A DNA stretch of 64,000 nucleotides from an uncultured Alphaproteobacteria bacterium. GTDB taxonomy: Bacteria > Pseudomonadota > Alphaproteobacteria > HIMB59 > GCA-002718135. The translations under genes and the position numbers were made by a program. The stretch covers positions 1,059 to 65,058 of the forward strand of contig CABYXC010000008.1 of the NCBI GenBank assembly GCA_902522865.1. The letters are read 5' to 3'. Of this stretch, positions 22,901 to 31,560 are shown in pieces. The notes beneath the pieces are model-generated. The model was not told the DNA's origin. It worked only from the letters and a program-made list of their open reading frames with translations, and searched no databases. Numbering within the stretch: the first letter of the stretch is position 1; each line of letters begins with the position of its first letter.

Positions 22901-23323
22901 ATTAAAATCCCTGTTGAAATTTATATACCTGAAGATTTTATTAACGATGTTGATCTAAGACTTTCCATTTATAAAAGAATCTCAAATTTAAATAATAAAA
23001 AAGAAATTGAAGAGATTAAAATAGAATTAATCGATAGGTTTGGTAAATTACCTAAACAATTAATTAACCTTCTAAAATTAGTAGAAATTAAAATCATTTG
23101 TTTAAAAAATAACATTGAAAAGTTTGAATTTAGCAGAAGAGGCATATTAATTAGTTTTTTTCAAAATCAACCAAAAAATCCAGAAAAATTATTAGAACTT
23201 TCATTATCAAATAATAATTCTTTAATATTAAGACCTGATCAAAAAATTTTTTATGATTTTGGTGGTAATTTAATTAATGACAGGTTTGAATTATCTAAAA
23301 ATGTCATTAATTTAATTAAATAA
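19946..23323 (+). CDS. mfd: Transcription-repair coupling factor
   Basis: FSVRGSILDIF, CarD-like region, GDVAFGKT, DEEQ, C-terminal TRCF domain. Confidence 0.95.
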   Translation: MKNKNTIGPSIHNVEPFFISQFYQNSNKSILYIGKNEREISSMEEKIKWLLPDVEILLFKSWDQIPYDNVSPSKEVQIERLKTLKILSNSNAKRIILTTINSITQKIIPKSIINSQLLKISKKQKFKLEDLINNLVLLGFQRTSLVRDKSEFSVRGSILDIFPNDRSKPIRIDFFDEEIETIFEFDQITQKRLKEINSYLEFNIVNELILNEDNLNLFRKNFREIFPEYRNSQVYNLFSEKIIPSGGEQFIPLFYDNLETLFDYIEEYKILLNDEFNNIFENRLENINDFYLARKNNKESFFLSPEYFYLNKEIFKKYLENNEHFYFKTFDKNNYINIDVNIIHNLSSIKKEIDFSFINQFFTANSKDNIIYICCRSKGSLERVSKILENNLSLNLNDVKNFNHSFPDNILLTILDIEESFKFNKYIFINEKSLFGYFFNTQISKSRKQTIFFEELNKLSIDSILVHSEYGLCKFNNIRKIELNDSIHECLELEFFENQKLFLPVENLSYVSKYSDDTDGNIILDKLGASHWQKRKADAKKKIRDAAKKLISTASKRLQSQSYEINTNIPEYDKFVSTFPYVETDDQLNAIQDVINDFSKMIPSDRLIVGDVAFGKTEVILRAIFLAAKSNLQSVVLVPTTILSRQHFTNFKKRLSIFGINISEISRLVSLKEKKEIFEKCNAGNIDVLVGTHALLNDKLKFKKLGLIVYDEEQKLGTIQKEKFKEIAPKAHCISLSATPIPRTLSMSLSGIRDLSLILTAPFERMAVRTYVSPFDSLTITEAIKREIYGRKNGVYFVVPRKKDLPFVEQFLKDNLPEIKYVITHGQLSPKLLESRISKFYNQEVPLMLSTNIIENGLDLPHVNTIIVYRSNIFSLAALYQLKGRVGRSSKRGYAYITYKESELKDNGRKRLSIINSSDHLGAGFNIASQDLDLRGGGSVIGEEQSGFIKEIGTELYHQMLEEEINLQKSKINLDFIKKDIYQPIIKIPVEIYIPEDFINDVDLRLSIYKRISNLNNKKEIEEIKIELIDRFGKLPKQLINLLKLVEIKIICLKNNIEKFEFSRRGILISFFQNQPKNPEKLLELSLSNNNSLILRPDQKIFYDFGGNLINDRFELSKNVINLIK

Positions 23324-24417
23324 TGGTTAAAATTATAATTATATTTAATTTTTTTATTTTTTTATTTTTTAATAAAAATGTTTTATCTTTAGACAACAAA
23401 TATAAGCTTGAAATTTTAAAATCTAATTTAAGTTCCCCTTGGAGTTTAACATTTATAAGCAATAATCAGATTTTAATTAGTGAAAAAACTGGTAAAATCA
23501 AATTATTTGATATTTTAAGTAATAAAATTACTGAGATAGATCATAACTTAAATGTAATTAGAGATAAAAATTCGCAAGGTGGTCTTCTAGACATTTACTT
23601 TTATAATAATCAAGTTTTAATTTCTTACTCTGAAAAAATTGGTGATAAATTATTTAGTCCTTCAACAACATCTATTGCAAAAGCAGATTTAGATTTAAAT
23701 TTCTTACATTTTGAAAACATTTTTAGAGCTAATCCACCTATTAGATCACCATATCACTTTGGTTCGAGAATAGCTATTCATGATGATTATTTATACGCAT
23801 CTGTGGGTGAAAGAGGAAAAGGAATGATAGCTCAAGATGCTAATCAACATCCTGGAAGTATCATCCGAATTAAATTAGATGGAACTTCTCCTAAAGATAA
23901 TCCTCATTACATCTCAAAAGAAACATGGTTACCCGAAATATATCAAATCGGTGTGAGAAATCCTCAAGGAATGTCTATTTCTCCTTTTGATAATAAAATT
24001 TATATTAGTAATCACGGAGCAAAAGGTGGCGATTGGTTTGGTGAAGTTAAAAAGGGTGAAAATTATGGTTGGAAAATTTTAGGTTGGGGTGGAACTAATT
24101 ATGATAATTCCAAAATTGGTCCTAAATGGTTACCTGGTTTTACAAAAGCAATTCATTACTGGGTGCCATCAATTGCTATTAGTGCAATCACAATATATGA
24201 TGGAAATGAATTTCCAGAATTTATGGGATTAGCACTTATAACATCTTTAAAAGATCAATCTCTACGCTCACTAGATTTTTCAGATTTAGATAATGTGAAA
24301 GAACATATTATTTTTAAAAAAGATATAGGAAGAATAAGAGATATTAAAATTCATCCAGTGAGTGGTAAAATATTTTTGTTAGCACAAGATAAATTATGGT
24401 TATTTGAAAAAAAATAA
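23323..24417 (+). CDS. PQQ-dependent sugar dehydrogenase (YliI/Asd family)
   Basis: Signal peptide; PWSL, QGGLLD, HFGSRI, GVRNPQG, NYGW, RIRDI. Confidence 0.85.
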   Translation: MVKIIIIFNFFIFLFFNKNVLSLDNKYKLEILKSNLSSPWSLTFISNNQILISEKTGKIKLFDILSNKITEIDHNLNVIRDKNSQGGLLDIYFYNNQVLISYSEKIGDKLFSPSTTSIAKADLDLNFLHFENIFRANPPIRSPYHFGSRIAIHDDYLYASVGERGKGMIAQDANQHPGSIIRIKLDGTSPKDNPHYISKETWLPEIYQIGVRNPQGMSISPFDNKIYISNHGAKGGDWFGEVKKGENYGWKILGWGGTNYDNSKIGPKWLPGFTKAIHYWVPSIAISAITIYDGNEFPEFMGLALITSLKDQSLRSLDFSDLDNVKEHIIFKKDIGRIRDIKIHPVSGKIFLLAQDKLWLFEKK

Positions 24418-24463
24418 TTTTAATGTGTGTTGAGAAATATTCTTTTTAATTTATACATACATT

Positions 24464-24580
24464 ATGTTTGAATTTTTAGCGTTTTTAGTTGGTGTTATGA
24501 TTATGGGACCAATAGTCTATATTTATTTTTTAGTTCAAGATTTAAAAAAAAGGATTGATAAGCTTGAAAATAAAAATTAA
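24464..24580 (+). CDS. 38-aa single-pass membrane protein, not in ORF track
   Basis: MFEFLAFLVGVMIMGPIVYIYFLVQDLKKRIDKLENKN; stop lies 6 nt before the sulfotransferase start. Confidence 0.55.
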   Translation: MFEFLAFLVGVMIMGPIVYIYFLVQDLKKRIDKLENKN

Positions 24581-24586
24581 TTTTTA

Positions 24587-25414
24587 ATGCATAAAAATAT
24601 TTTTTTGGCTTCTTATCCTAAATCTGGAAATACTTGGTTGAGGTCTATTATTGGAAATTTTTATAATTTTGATAAAGATTTTAGCCTGAATGATTTAAAA
24701 TTAATACCTTTACTATCAATTAAAAAACATTTTAGTGAATTTGAAAATAAAGTTTATACAAATAATCATGATTTAGATTTTGATTGGATTTCACAAAATA
24801 TTATTAAATGTCAAAAAATATTAAATAATAATGTAAATCATCTGAATATATTTAAAACTCATAGTGCAAGACATAAAAATTTTACAAATGAAACGGTAAA
24901 TGCAGGTTTTATTTATATTGTTAGAGATCCTAGAGACATAATAGTTTCTCTTAAAAATTTTTCAGGTAAAGAAATTGATAAAACTATTGATGAATTTCTT
25001 TTTTCAAAAAGTTTAATGATTACAACTAATGGAGCACAAGAATTACTTTCAACTTGGGAACTTAATGTTCAATCCTGGTTAAATTATAATAGTGTTCCTA
25101 GATTGATCATAAAGTATGAAGATTTAAAATTAAATCCAAAAGAAATTATATTAAATATTACAAAATTTCTTAATAAAACACACAGATTAAATATAAACTT
25201 AAGTGACCAAGACATTGACAAAATAATAGAAAATACAAATTTTACTAATTTAAGAAATTTAGAAGATAAAAATGGTTTTGATGAAGCTACAAAACATTCT
25301 AAATTTTTCAGATCAGGCACATCTAATCAATGGAAAGATATATTATCTAATTCACAGGCCAAGCTTATTGAAAAAAATCTAAAATCATTAATGAAGTATT
25401 TTAATTATATTTAA
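24587..25414 (+). CDS. PAPS-dependent sulfotransferase, copy 1
   Basis: 5'-PSB ASYPKSGNTW, KTH, 3'-PB IVRDPRD..VS, FFRSGTSNQW. Confidence 0.9.
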   Translation: MHKNIFLASYPKSGNTWLRSIIGNFYNFDKDFSLNDLKLIPLLSIKKHFSEFENKVYTNNHDLDFDWISQNIIKCQKILNNNVNHLNIFKTHSARHKNFTNETVNAGFIYIVRDPRDIIVSLKNFSGKEIDKTIDEFLFSKSLMITTNGAQELLSTWELNVQSWLNYNSVPRLIIKYEDLKLNPKEIILNITKFLNKTHRLNINLSDQDIDKIIENTNFTNLRNLEDKNGFDEATKHSKFFRSGTSNQWKDILSNSQAKLIEKNLKSLMKYFNYI

Positions 25415-25421
25415 ATGATAA

Positions 25422-25497
25422 TGGCGGAGAGAGTGATATTCGAACTCACGAACGAGTTGCCCCGTTGCCGGTTTTCAAGACCGGTGCTTTCAACCGC
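25422..25497 (-). pseudogene. 5'-truncated tRNA-Ser(UGA) (3' 76 nt), att-like fragment
   Basis: Matches the intact tRNA-Ser but lacks its first 14 nt; T-stem mismatch (GTGAG/ATCAC); anticodon stem CCGGT/ACCGG. Confidence 0.85.
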
Positions 25498-25529
25498 AAT
25501 AAATGTTAGATTTTGGGGAAATTTTAAGG

Positions 25530-25560
25530 TGTCATGTGAAAGTCATGTAATTACATGACA
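25530..25560. repeat. GTCATGT direct and inverted repeats, including a perfect 18-bp palindrome
   Basis: TGTCATGTGAAAGTCATGTAATTACATGACA; palindrome GTCATGTAATTACATGAC at 25542-25559. Confidence 0.8.
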
Positions 25561-25564
25561 TTTG

Positions 25565-25654
25565 TGGCGGAGAGTGTGAGATTCGAACTCTCGATAGACT
25601 TGCATCTATGACGGTTTTCAAGACCGTTGCATTCAACCGCTCAGCCATCTCTAC
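25565..25654 (-). tRNA. Divergent full-length tRNA-Ser(UGA), probably a pseudo-tRNA
   Basis: 90 nt ending GCCA; anticodon arm ACGGT-CTTGAAA-ACCGT; different variable arm; mismatches at pairs 2:71, 7:66 and 50:64. Confidence 0.75.
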
Positions 25655-25674
25655 AGGGGACATGCTGGGAACAC

Positions 25675-25703
25675 TTTATATATAAAATGACACAACGCAT
25701 CAA
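25675..25703 (-). promoter_or_regulatory. Putative sigma70 promoter of the divergent tRNA-Ser copy
   Basis: Minus-strand TTGATG-N17-TATAAA, 20 nt upstream of the tRNA 5' end. Confidence 0.45.
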
Positions 25704-25834
25704 TTTTATAAAAAAATTATACCTAATTTTGTTACCAGATATAAACTTTTAAAAATACTAATTAAATTTATTAAAAAAAATAAATATTTAAATTTGTAAT
25801 ATTAAATTAAAATTATTTTTCTAAATATTTTTTA

Positions 25835-26662
25835 GTGTTTAAAAATATTTTTTTGGCTTCATATCCTAAATCTGGAAATACTTGGCTTAGATCAATAATT
25901 CTTTCCTCATTACAGCAAAACAATATTATCAATATAAAAGATTTATCAAAAATAAGATTGTTATCAGATAAAATGAACTTCACTTCATTTAAAAATAAGA
26001 TTTATGATAAAAAAGGATTGATTGATTATGATTGGATGTCAAAAAACCTTATTTTATGTCAGAAAAAACTTAATGAAAAAACTAAATATAATTTTTTTTT
26101 TAAAACTCATAGTGTGAGGCACAAAAGTTTTACAAATAAAACTGTAAATGCAGGTTTTATTTATATTGTCCGAGATCCTAGAGATATAGTTGTATCATTA
26201 AGTAATTTTACAGGAATAAATTTGGATGAAGCTATAAATCAAATTGTTTTTAATAAACAACTAATGACGAATGCAAATGGTGCTAGAGAATTGGTTTCCA
26301 ATTGGGATTTAAATATTAAATCTTGGTTAGAATACAAAAATGTCCCAAGTTTATTTATTAGATATGAAGACCTATTATTTAAATCAAATAACACAATATT
26401 AAAAATTATTGCTTTTATAAATTTAATTACGAATAAAAATATTTTAAATAATAAAAAAAATATTGATGAAATTGCAAAAAATACCAACTTCAAAACATTA
26501 CAATTTCAAGAAGCCTTAAATGGTTTTGATGAAGCATCGAAGCATTCAAAATTTTTCAGATCTGGGACATCTAATCAATGGAAAGATGTACTAACTAATA
26601 AACAGATTAATCTTATCGAGAAAAACTTAAAATCAATGATGACGTACTTTAATTATATTTAG
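25835..26662 (+). CDS. PAPS-dependent sulfotransferase, copy 2
   Basis: Same motifs and same length (275 aa) as copy 1; GTG start. Confidence 0.9.
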   Translation: MFKNIFLASYPKSGNTWLRSIILSSLQQNNIINIKDLSKIRLLSDKMNFTSFKNKIYDKKGLIDYDWMSKNLILCQKKLNEKTKYNFFFKTHSVRHKSFTNKTVNAGFIYIVRDPRDIVVSLSNFTGINLDEAINQIVFNKQLMTNANGARELVSNWDLNIKSWLEYKNVPSLFIRYEDLLFKSNNTILKIIAFINLITNKNILNNKKNIDEIAKNTNFKTLQFQEALNGFDEASKHSKFFRSGTSNQWKDVLTNKQINLIEKNLKSMMTYFNYI

Positions 26663-26669
26663 AATATAA

Positions 26670-26759
26670 TGGCGGAGAGAGTGAGATTCGAACTCACGAA
26701 CGAGTTGCCCCGTTGCTGGTTTTCAAGACCAGTGCTTTCAACCGCTCAGCCATCTCTCC
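26670..26759 (-). tRNA. tRNA-Ser(UGA), intact
   Basis: GGAGAGATGGCTGAGCGGTTGAAAGCACTGGTCTTGAAAACCAG...GTGAGTTCGAATCTCACTCTCTCCGCCA; acceptor, anticodon and T stems fully paired; long variable arm. Confidence 0.97.
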
Positions 26760-26851
26760 GTTTTAAAGACTACTATAGTTTCATCTTAAAAAAGTCAAAA
26801 TATTAAGTATAATCATTTCCTAATTGACGATAGTTTTGGTAATTTTAGTTC

Positions 26852-27889
26852 ATGATTATTAGGCTCGTAATATTCTTAATTTTTATTTCTTTCAAATCCT
26901 ATGCAGTTGAATGTGAAAAACCAAAAATGCCAACTGATGAAGAATGGAACATCTGGCTGACAAATATAAAACAAGAAGCACTCGAAAGAGGTATAAGTCA
27001 AAAAACTATTTCAAATAATTTAAACGATGTTAAGCCACAAAGTAAAATTATTATGCGTGATAGATGCCAGCCAGCATCAACAATGACTCTAGATGAATAC
27101 TTATTTTATACAATTACTAAAGATAAAGTATTTGCCGGAAAAAATTTTTTAAAAAAACATAAAGATTTATTAAAAGAAATTGGTGATTATTTTAAAATAC
27201 AACCAAGATTTATAGTATCTGTCTTAGGTATGGAAAGTTATTATGGAAGAAATCAAGGAAAAATAAATTCCATAATTGCGATAACAACTCTTGCATTTGA
27301 TAGAAGAAGAAGTGATTTTTATAAAAAACAATTATTTGCAGCTCTTGAAATATTAGATAAAAATCTTGTTCCAAATGGAGAACTGAAAGGTAGTTGGGGT
27401 GGGGCAGTTGGTATGACTCAAATGATTCCTACAACTTTTTTAGAAACTGCATACGATTGGGATGGCAATGGTATTGATATATGGAATAGTTATGCAGATG
27501 CTTTTGCTAGTACTGCAAACTATTTAACTTCATTAGATAAAAATCCATGGTCGTATGATAGTACTTGGGGAAGAGAGGTACTTCCGCCAAAAAATATTTC
27601 TTTATCTTTTTTTGATTCTATAAAACAAGTTAATCCAAAAGGTTGTGGCGCAGTTAAACGTAGATCAATTTCAAAAACTCTATCCGAATGGTCTAAATTA
27701 GGATTTACAAAAATAAATGGAGATCCTTTACCTATAAGGGATGATTTAGAGGCTAGATTAATAATGCCAGATGGGATAGATGGAAGAATGTTCATAGTAT
27801 ATCCTAATTATAAAAATATTCTTTATTACAATTGTTCATCATATTATGCTGTATCAGTAGGTCTCCTAAGTGATAAAATATCTAATTAG
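26852..27889 (+). CDS. Lytic murein transglycosylase (MltB/SLT_2 family)
   Basis: GMESYYG, GSWGGAVGMTQMIPTT, YNCSSYYA; signal peptide. Confidence 0.88.
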   Translation: MIIRLVIFLIFISFKSYAVECEKPKMPTDEEWNIWLTNIKQEALERGISQKTISNNLNDVKPQSKIIMRDRCQPASTMTLDEYLFYTITKDKVFAGKNFLKKHKDLLKEIGDYFKIQPRFIVSVLGMESYYGRNQGKINSIIAITTLAFDRRRSDFYKKQLFAALEILDKNLVPNGELKGSWGGAVGMTQMIPTTFLETAYDWDGNGIDIWNSYADAFASTANYLTSLDKNPWSYDSTWGREVLPPKNISLSFFDSIKQVNPKGCGAVKRRSISKTLSEWSKLGFTKINGDPLPIRDDLEARLIMPDGIDGRMFIVYPNYKNILYYNCSSYYAVSVGLLSDKISN

Positions 27890-28805
27890 TTTTATAATAA
27901 TTTTATTTATATTATCTTGTAATGAATTAAATCTTAATAATGTTTCTGATGTTGTAGAAAATAGTACAACTAAAATAGAAGAAATAATTGATAATAAAAT
28001 AGAAAATAAAAAAGAAAAAAAACAATCAAACAAAAAACAATCAAAAAATAATATTTTTTATTATGTTGGTGAGCCTTACTTTATTGAAGGGGTCAGTTAC
28101 ATTCCAGAGGAAAATTATAATTATTCGGAAATTGGACTTTCTTCTTTTTACGGTAAGGAATTACACAATATTAAAACTGTAAATAATGATATAAATAAAG
28201 TTACAGAGTTACTTGGGAGACATAAAACATTGCCTATTCCAAGTATGGTCAAGGTAACTAACTTGGATAATGGACTTTCTATAAATGTGAAAATAATAGA
28301 TAGACATGATGATAATGCAGTTATTATTCAGGTTTCAAGAAAAGTTGCACAACTTCTTGGATTTTATAAATCTAAAATAGCTACTGTAAGAGTAGAAATA
28401 CTTTCTGATGCTAGTAAACAATGGAAGAGTGTTGCAAATTCATTAAATGAAGAAAATTTTGATGAAACTATATCTGCTGCACCAACAGATATTGTATCTA
28501 TTGAAGAAATTGATGAAATCTTAGAAACTAATGATGAGAGCGCTACAATTACAGAAGAACCAATTGAACTTAAATCAGAAAAAATAACTGATTTTAAATT
28601 ATATTTAAGAGTAAAAGGGTTTGAAAATTATGAGAGTATTCGATCAGTATTAGATAATTACGATAAAAATGTAAAATATACTTCTGAAAAAAATAATTCC
28701 AAATATGACGTAATTATTGGTCCTTTAGAAAATACAGAAGCAAATAATTTGGTTTCATACTTTATCTCAAAAGGTTATAAGGAGACTGAAATTCTTATTG
28801 AATAA
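27870..28805 (+). CDS. rlpA: RlpA-family septal lipoprotein (DPBB plus degenerate SPOR domain)
   Basis: Lipobox ILSC; VGEPY, GLSSFYG, HKTLPIPSMVKVTNL; mltB-rlpA-dacA synteny. Confidence 0.82.
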   Translation: MIKYLISFIIILFILSCNELNLNNVSDVVENSTTKIEEIIDNKIENKKEKKQSNKKQSKNNIFYYVGEPYFIEGVSYIPEENYNYSEIGLSSFYGKELHNIKTVNNDINKVTELLGRHKTLPIPSMVKVTNLDNGLSINVKIIDRHDDNAVIIQVSRKVAQLLGFYKSKIATVRVEILSDASKQWKSVANSLNEENFDETISAAPTDIVSIEEIDEILETNDESATITEEPIELKSEKITDFKLYLRVKGFENYESIRSVLDNYDKNVKYTSEKNNSKYDVIIGPLENTEANNLVSYFISKGYKETEILIE

Positions 28806-28840
28806 CAAATAAAGGTCATAATTAAGAATTATTAATATTT

Positions 28841-29974
28841 ATGGTAAAAATTTTTAGCTTTTTTTTATTTTTTATTATTTCTTTAAAACTTTACGCCATT
28901 GATACAAAGGCAGAGCAAGCAGTTGTCATTGATTTTGATACAAATGAAGTTCTTTTTGAAAAAAATTCTAATGCAAAAGTTATACCAGCTTCAATGACTA
29001 AGATCATGACCGTTTATGTTGCATTTGATAGAATAAAGAATACCAATTTTGCAATTTCTAATGAATGTAGAGTGTCCCCTAAAGCTTATAAAAAGGGAGG
29101 TTCCAGAACATTTTTAGAGATAGATGATAATGTAACAGTTGATGATTTATTAAAAGGTATAATTGTTCAATCTGGTAATGATGCTTCTATAGCTTTAGCA
29201 GAATGTTTAGGTGGTACTGAAGAAGATTTTGCTAAACTTATGAATGTTTATGCAGAACGTTTAGGAATGACAAATACAAATTTTGTTAATTCATCTGGCT
29301 GGCCTGATGATAATCACTATTCTACTGTTTATGATCTTGGAATTCTTTCAAATGGAATAATTAGAGATTTTCCAAATCTTTATACATATTTCAAAATGGA
29401 AGAGTTTACTTATAATGATATTACTCAACCAAATAGAAATAAACTTTTATATCAAGTTCAAGGAGCAGATGGGTTAAAAACAGGTTTTACAAAAGAATCC
29501 GGGTGGGGAATAGCTGCTACAGCATTAAGGAATGATAGAAGAATTACAGTTGTTATCAATGGTACCAATAGCTCTAGATCAAGATTAAATGAATCTTCTA
29601 ATTTAATAAATTGGGCATTTAATCAAACTTCGCAACAAACATTAGTCGATAAAGATCAATTTATTAAAGAAGTAGATGTATGGCTGGGTAGTGAGAGTAG
29701 TATAAAATTAATTAGTGCACAAAAATTAGTCTCAACATTATCATTTGATCAAATTCAATTAATGAATTCATCTATTGAATATACCAAACCCATTTCTGCC
29801 CCAATAAAAAAAGGTGACGAATTGGGAAAATTAATAATTGATATTGATGGAAAGCCAAAAATAGAAATACCCCTTATTGCTGAAAAAGATGTATCTGAAA
29901 TCAATCCTTTATTTAAAATTTTTGCTGCAGCAAAATACTTGATTTTTGGAAGAAGTTTAGATGAAATTAAATAA
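28841..29974 (+). CDS. dacA: D-alanyl-D-alanine carboxypeptidase
   Basis: SMTK, SGN and KTG active-site motifs. Confidence 0.92.
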   Translation: MVKIFSFFLFFIISLKLYAIDTKAEQAVVIDFDTNEVLFEKNSNAKVIPASMTKIMTVYVAFDRIKNTNFAISNECRVSPKAYKKGGSRTFLEIDDNVTVDDLLKGIIVQSGNDASIALAECLGGTEEDFAKLMNVYAERLGMTNTNFVNSSGWPDDNHYSTVYDLGILSNGIIRDFPNLYTYFKMEEFTYNDITQPNRNKLLYQVQGADGLKTGFTKESGWGIAATALRNDRRITVVINGTNSSRSRLNESSNLINWAFNQTSQQTLVDKDQFIKEVDVWLGSESSIKLISAQKLVSTLSFDQIQLMNSSIEYTKPISAPIKKGDELGKLIIDIDGKPKIEIPLIAEKDVSEINPLFKIFAAAKYLIFGRSLDEIK

Positions 29975-30572
29975 AGGTTTGTTCATTACTTTTGAAGGAC
30001 CCGAAGCTAGTGGAAAGTCATCTCAAATATTACTTTTATCAAAATATTTAAAAAAAAATAAAATTCCTTTTATTGTATCTAGAGAACCAGGAGGAACTGA
30101 TTTAGCAGAAAAATTAAGAAAATTAATTTTAGATAATAAATCCACAATTAATAATTTAGAAGAATTGCTTCTTCTTATGGCAGGTAGATCAAATCATATA
30201 AATGAAGTAATTATTCCTAATCTTAAAAAAGGTAAGATAGTCATTTCCGATAGATATGCAGATTCTTCATTTGTTTATCAAGGATATGTAAATAAGTTTG
30301 GTATTAGAAGGGCTCAAAATCTTCATAAAGAACTTCTAAATAATTTCTTTCCTGACTATACTTTTATTTTTAAAATCGATCCAAAAGAAATAATTAAAAG
30401 ATTAAAACTAAGAAAAGTTAAAAACAAATATGATAAATCTAACTTATTATTTCATCAAAAAGTAATTAAAGGATATAAAAAAATAGCAAATCCGAAAAGA
30501 TATATAATTTTAGATGCTTCTTTATCTAGAGATATAATTCATAAAAATATTATTAAAAAATTAAAGTTGTAA
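29961..30572 (+). CDS. tmk: Thymidylate kinase
   Basis: FITFEGPEASGKS, REPGG, DRY. Confidence 0.95.
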   Translation: MKLNKGLFITFEGPEASGKSSQILLLSKYLKKNKIPFIVSREPGGTDLAEKLRKLILDNKSTINNLEELLLLMAGRSNHINEVIIPNLKKGKIVISDRYADSSFVYQGYVNKFGIRRAQNLHKELLNNFFPDYTFIFKIDPKEIIKRLKLRKVKNKYDKSNLLFHQKVIKGYKKIANPKRYIILDASLSRDIIHKNIIKKLKL

Positions 30573-30575
30573 TTA

Positions 30576-31559
30576 ATGATTGAATTAGTAGGTTTTGAAA
30601 AAGAGTATAATGATCTTCTTAACAGATACGAATCAAATAATCTTCCAAATTCAATTTTAATTCATGGATTGAATGGTATAGGTAAAAGAACTTTTCTTAA
30701 CAAATTAATTAAAAATATTATAAATATAGAATTTAAAGATATTAATTTGGATCATCATTTAAATTTATTTAAAAATAATACACATCCAAATATAAAAATA
30801 ATTGAAAAAGAAATTGATAGCAAAACTGGAAAAATTAAAACTAATATAACTATTGATCAAATTAGAAGATTAAAAACATTTTTAAATTCAACATCAATAA
30901 TTCAAAATTCTTCTAAAATAGTTATCATTGATTCAGCTGATTATTTGAATATTAGTTCTGCAAATAGTATGCTTAAGATTCTAGAAGAGCCAAAAGAAAA
31001 TACCTATATTTTTTTAATATCAAACCAGATTTCATTACTTCTGCCAACAATTAGATCAAGATGTTTAAAAATTAAATTTAATACTCATAATTTAACTAAT
31101 TTTACTAAAATAATTAAAGATAATATTGATGAAATATCTAATGAAGAAATAAATTTTTACTTTGAATTAACGTATGGATCACCAGGAACTACTATTCTAT
31201 ATTATAATAATGATTTCTTGGATATTTTCCAATTATCAATTAAGTGTCTTTTATCAAATGATCTAGATGATGATAAAATAAATTTATCTAATATTTTATC
31301 AAAACTTACTAATGATGAATTTAATAATTATTTATCAATTCTTAAATTTATTCTAATTGTTGCTAATAAGCTAAAAGTAAACAGAGATGATAAAAGCTTG
31401 GTTAATATACCAAATTATCTAGAGTTAGAGTCTTTATCTACAAATCTTACCAAAAAAAATCTTATTGATAGATTTGATTATTTAACTAATAACCAAAAAG
31501 AATTATTTAGTTTAAATCTTGATAAAAAAATATTTATATTAAATTTTTTAACTCAATAA
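30576..31559 (+). CDS. holB: DNA polymerase III delta-prime subunit
   Basis: ITIDQIR, SANSMLKILEEP, LLPTIRSRC; tmk-holB-metG synteny. Confidence 0.9.
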   Translation: MIELVGFEKEYNDLLNRYESNNLPNSILIHGLNGIGKRTFLNKLIKNIINIEFKDINLDHHLNLFKNNTHPNIKIIEKEIDSKTGKIKTNITIDQIRRLKTFLNSTSIIQNSSKIVIIDSADYLNISSANSMLKILEEPKENTYIFLISNQISLLLPTIRSRCLKIKFNTHNLTNFTKIIKDNIDEISNEEINFYFELTYGSPGTTILYYNNDFLDIFQLSIKCLLSNDLDDDKINLSNILSKLTNDEFNNYLSILKFILIVANKLKVNRDDKSLVNIPNYLELESLSTNLTKKNLIDRFDYLTNNQKELFSLNLDKKIFILNFLTQ

Positions 31560-31560
31560 A

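Noticed and set aside
25422-26759. CRISPR array or complete prophage/ICE
   Set aside because: The repeats are tRNA copies with irregular spacing, and no cas, integrase, transposase or phage structural genes occur in the window.
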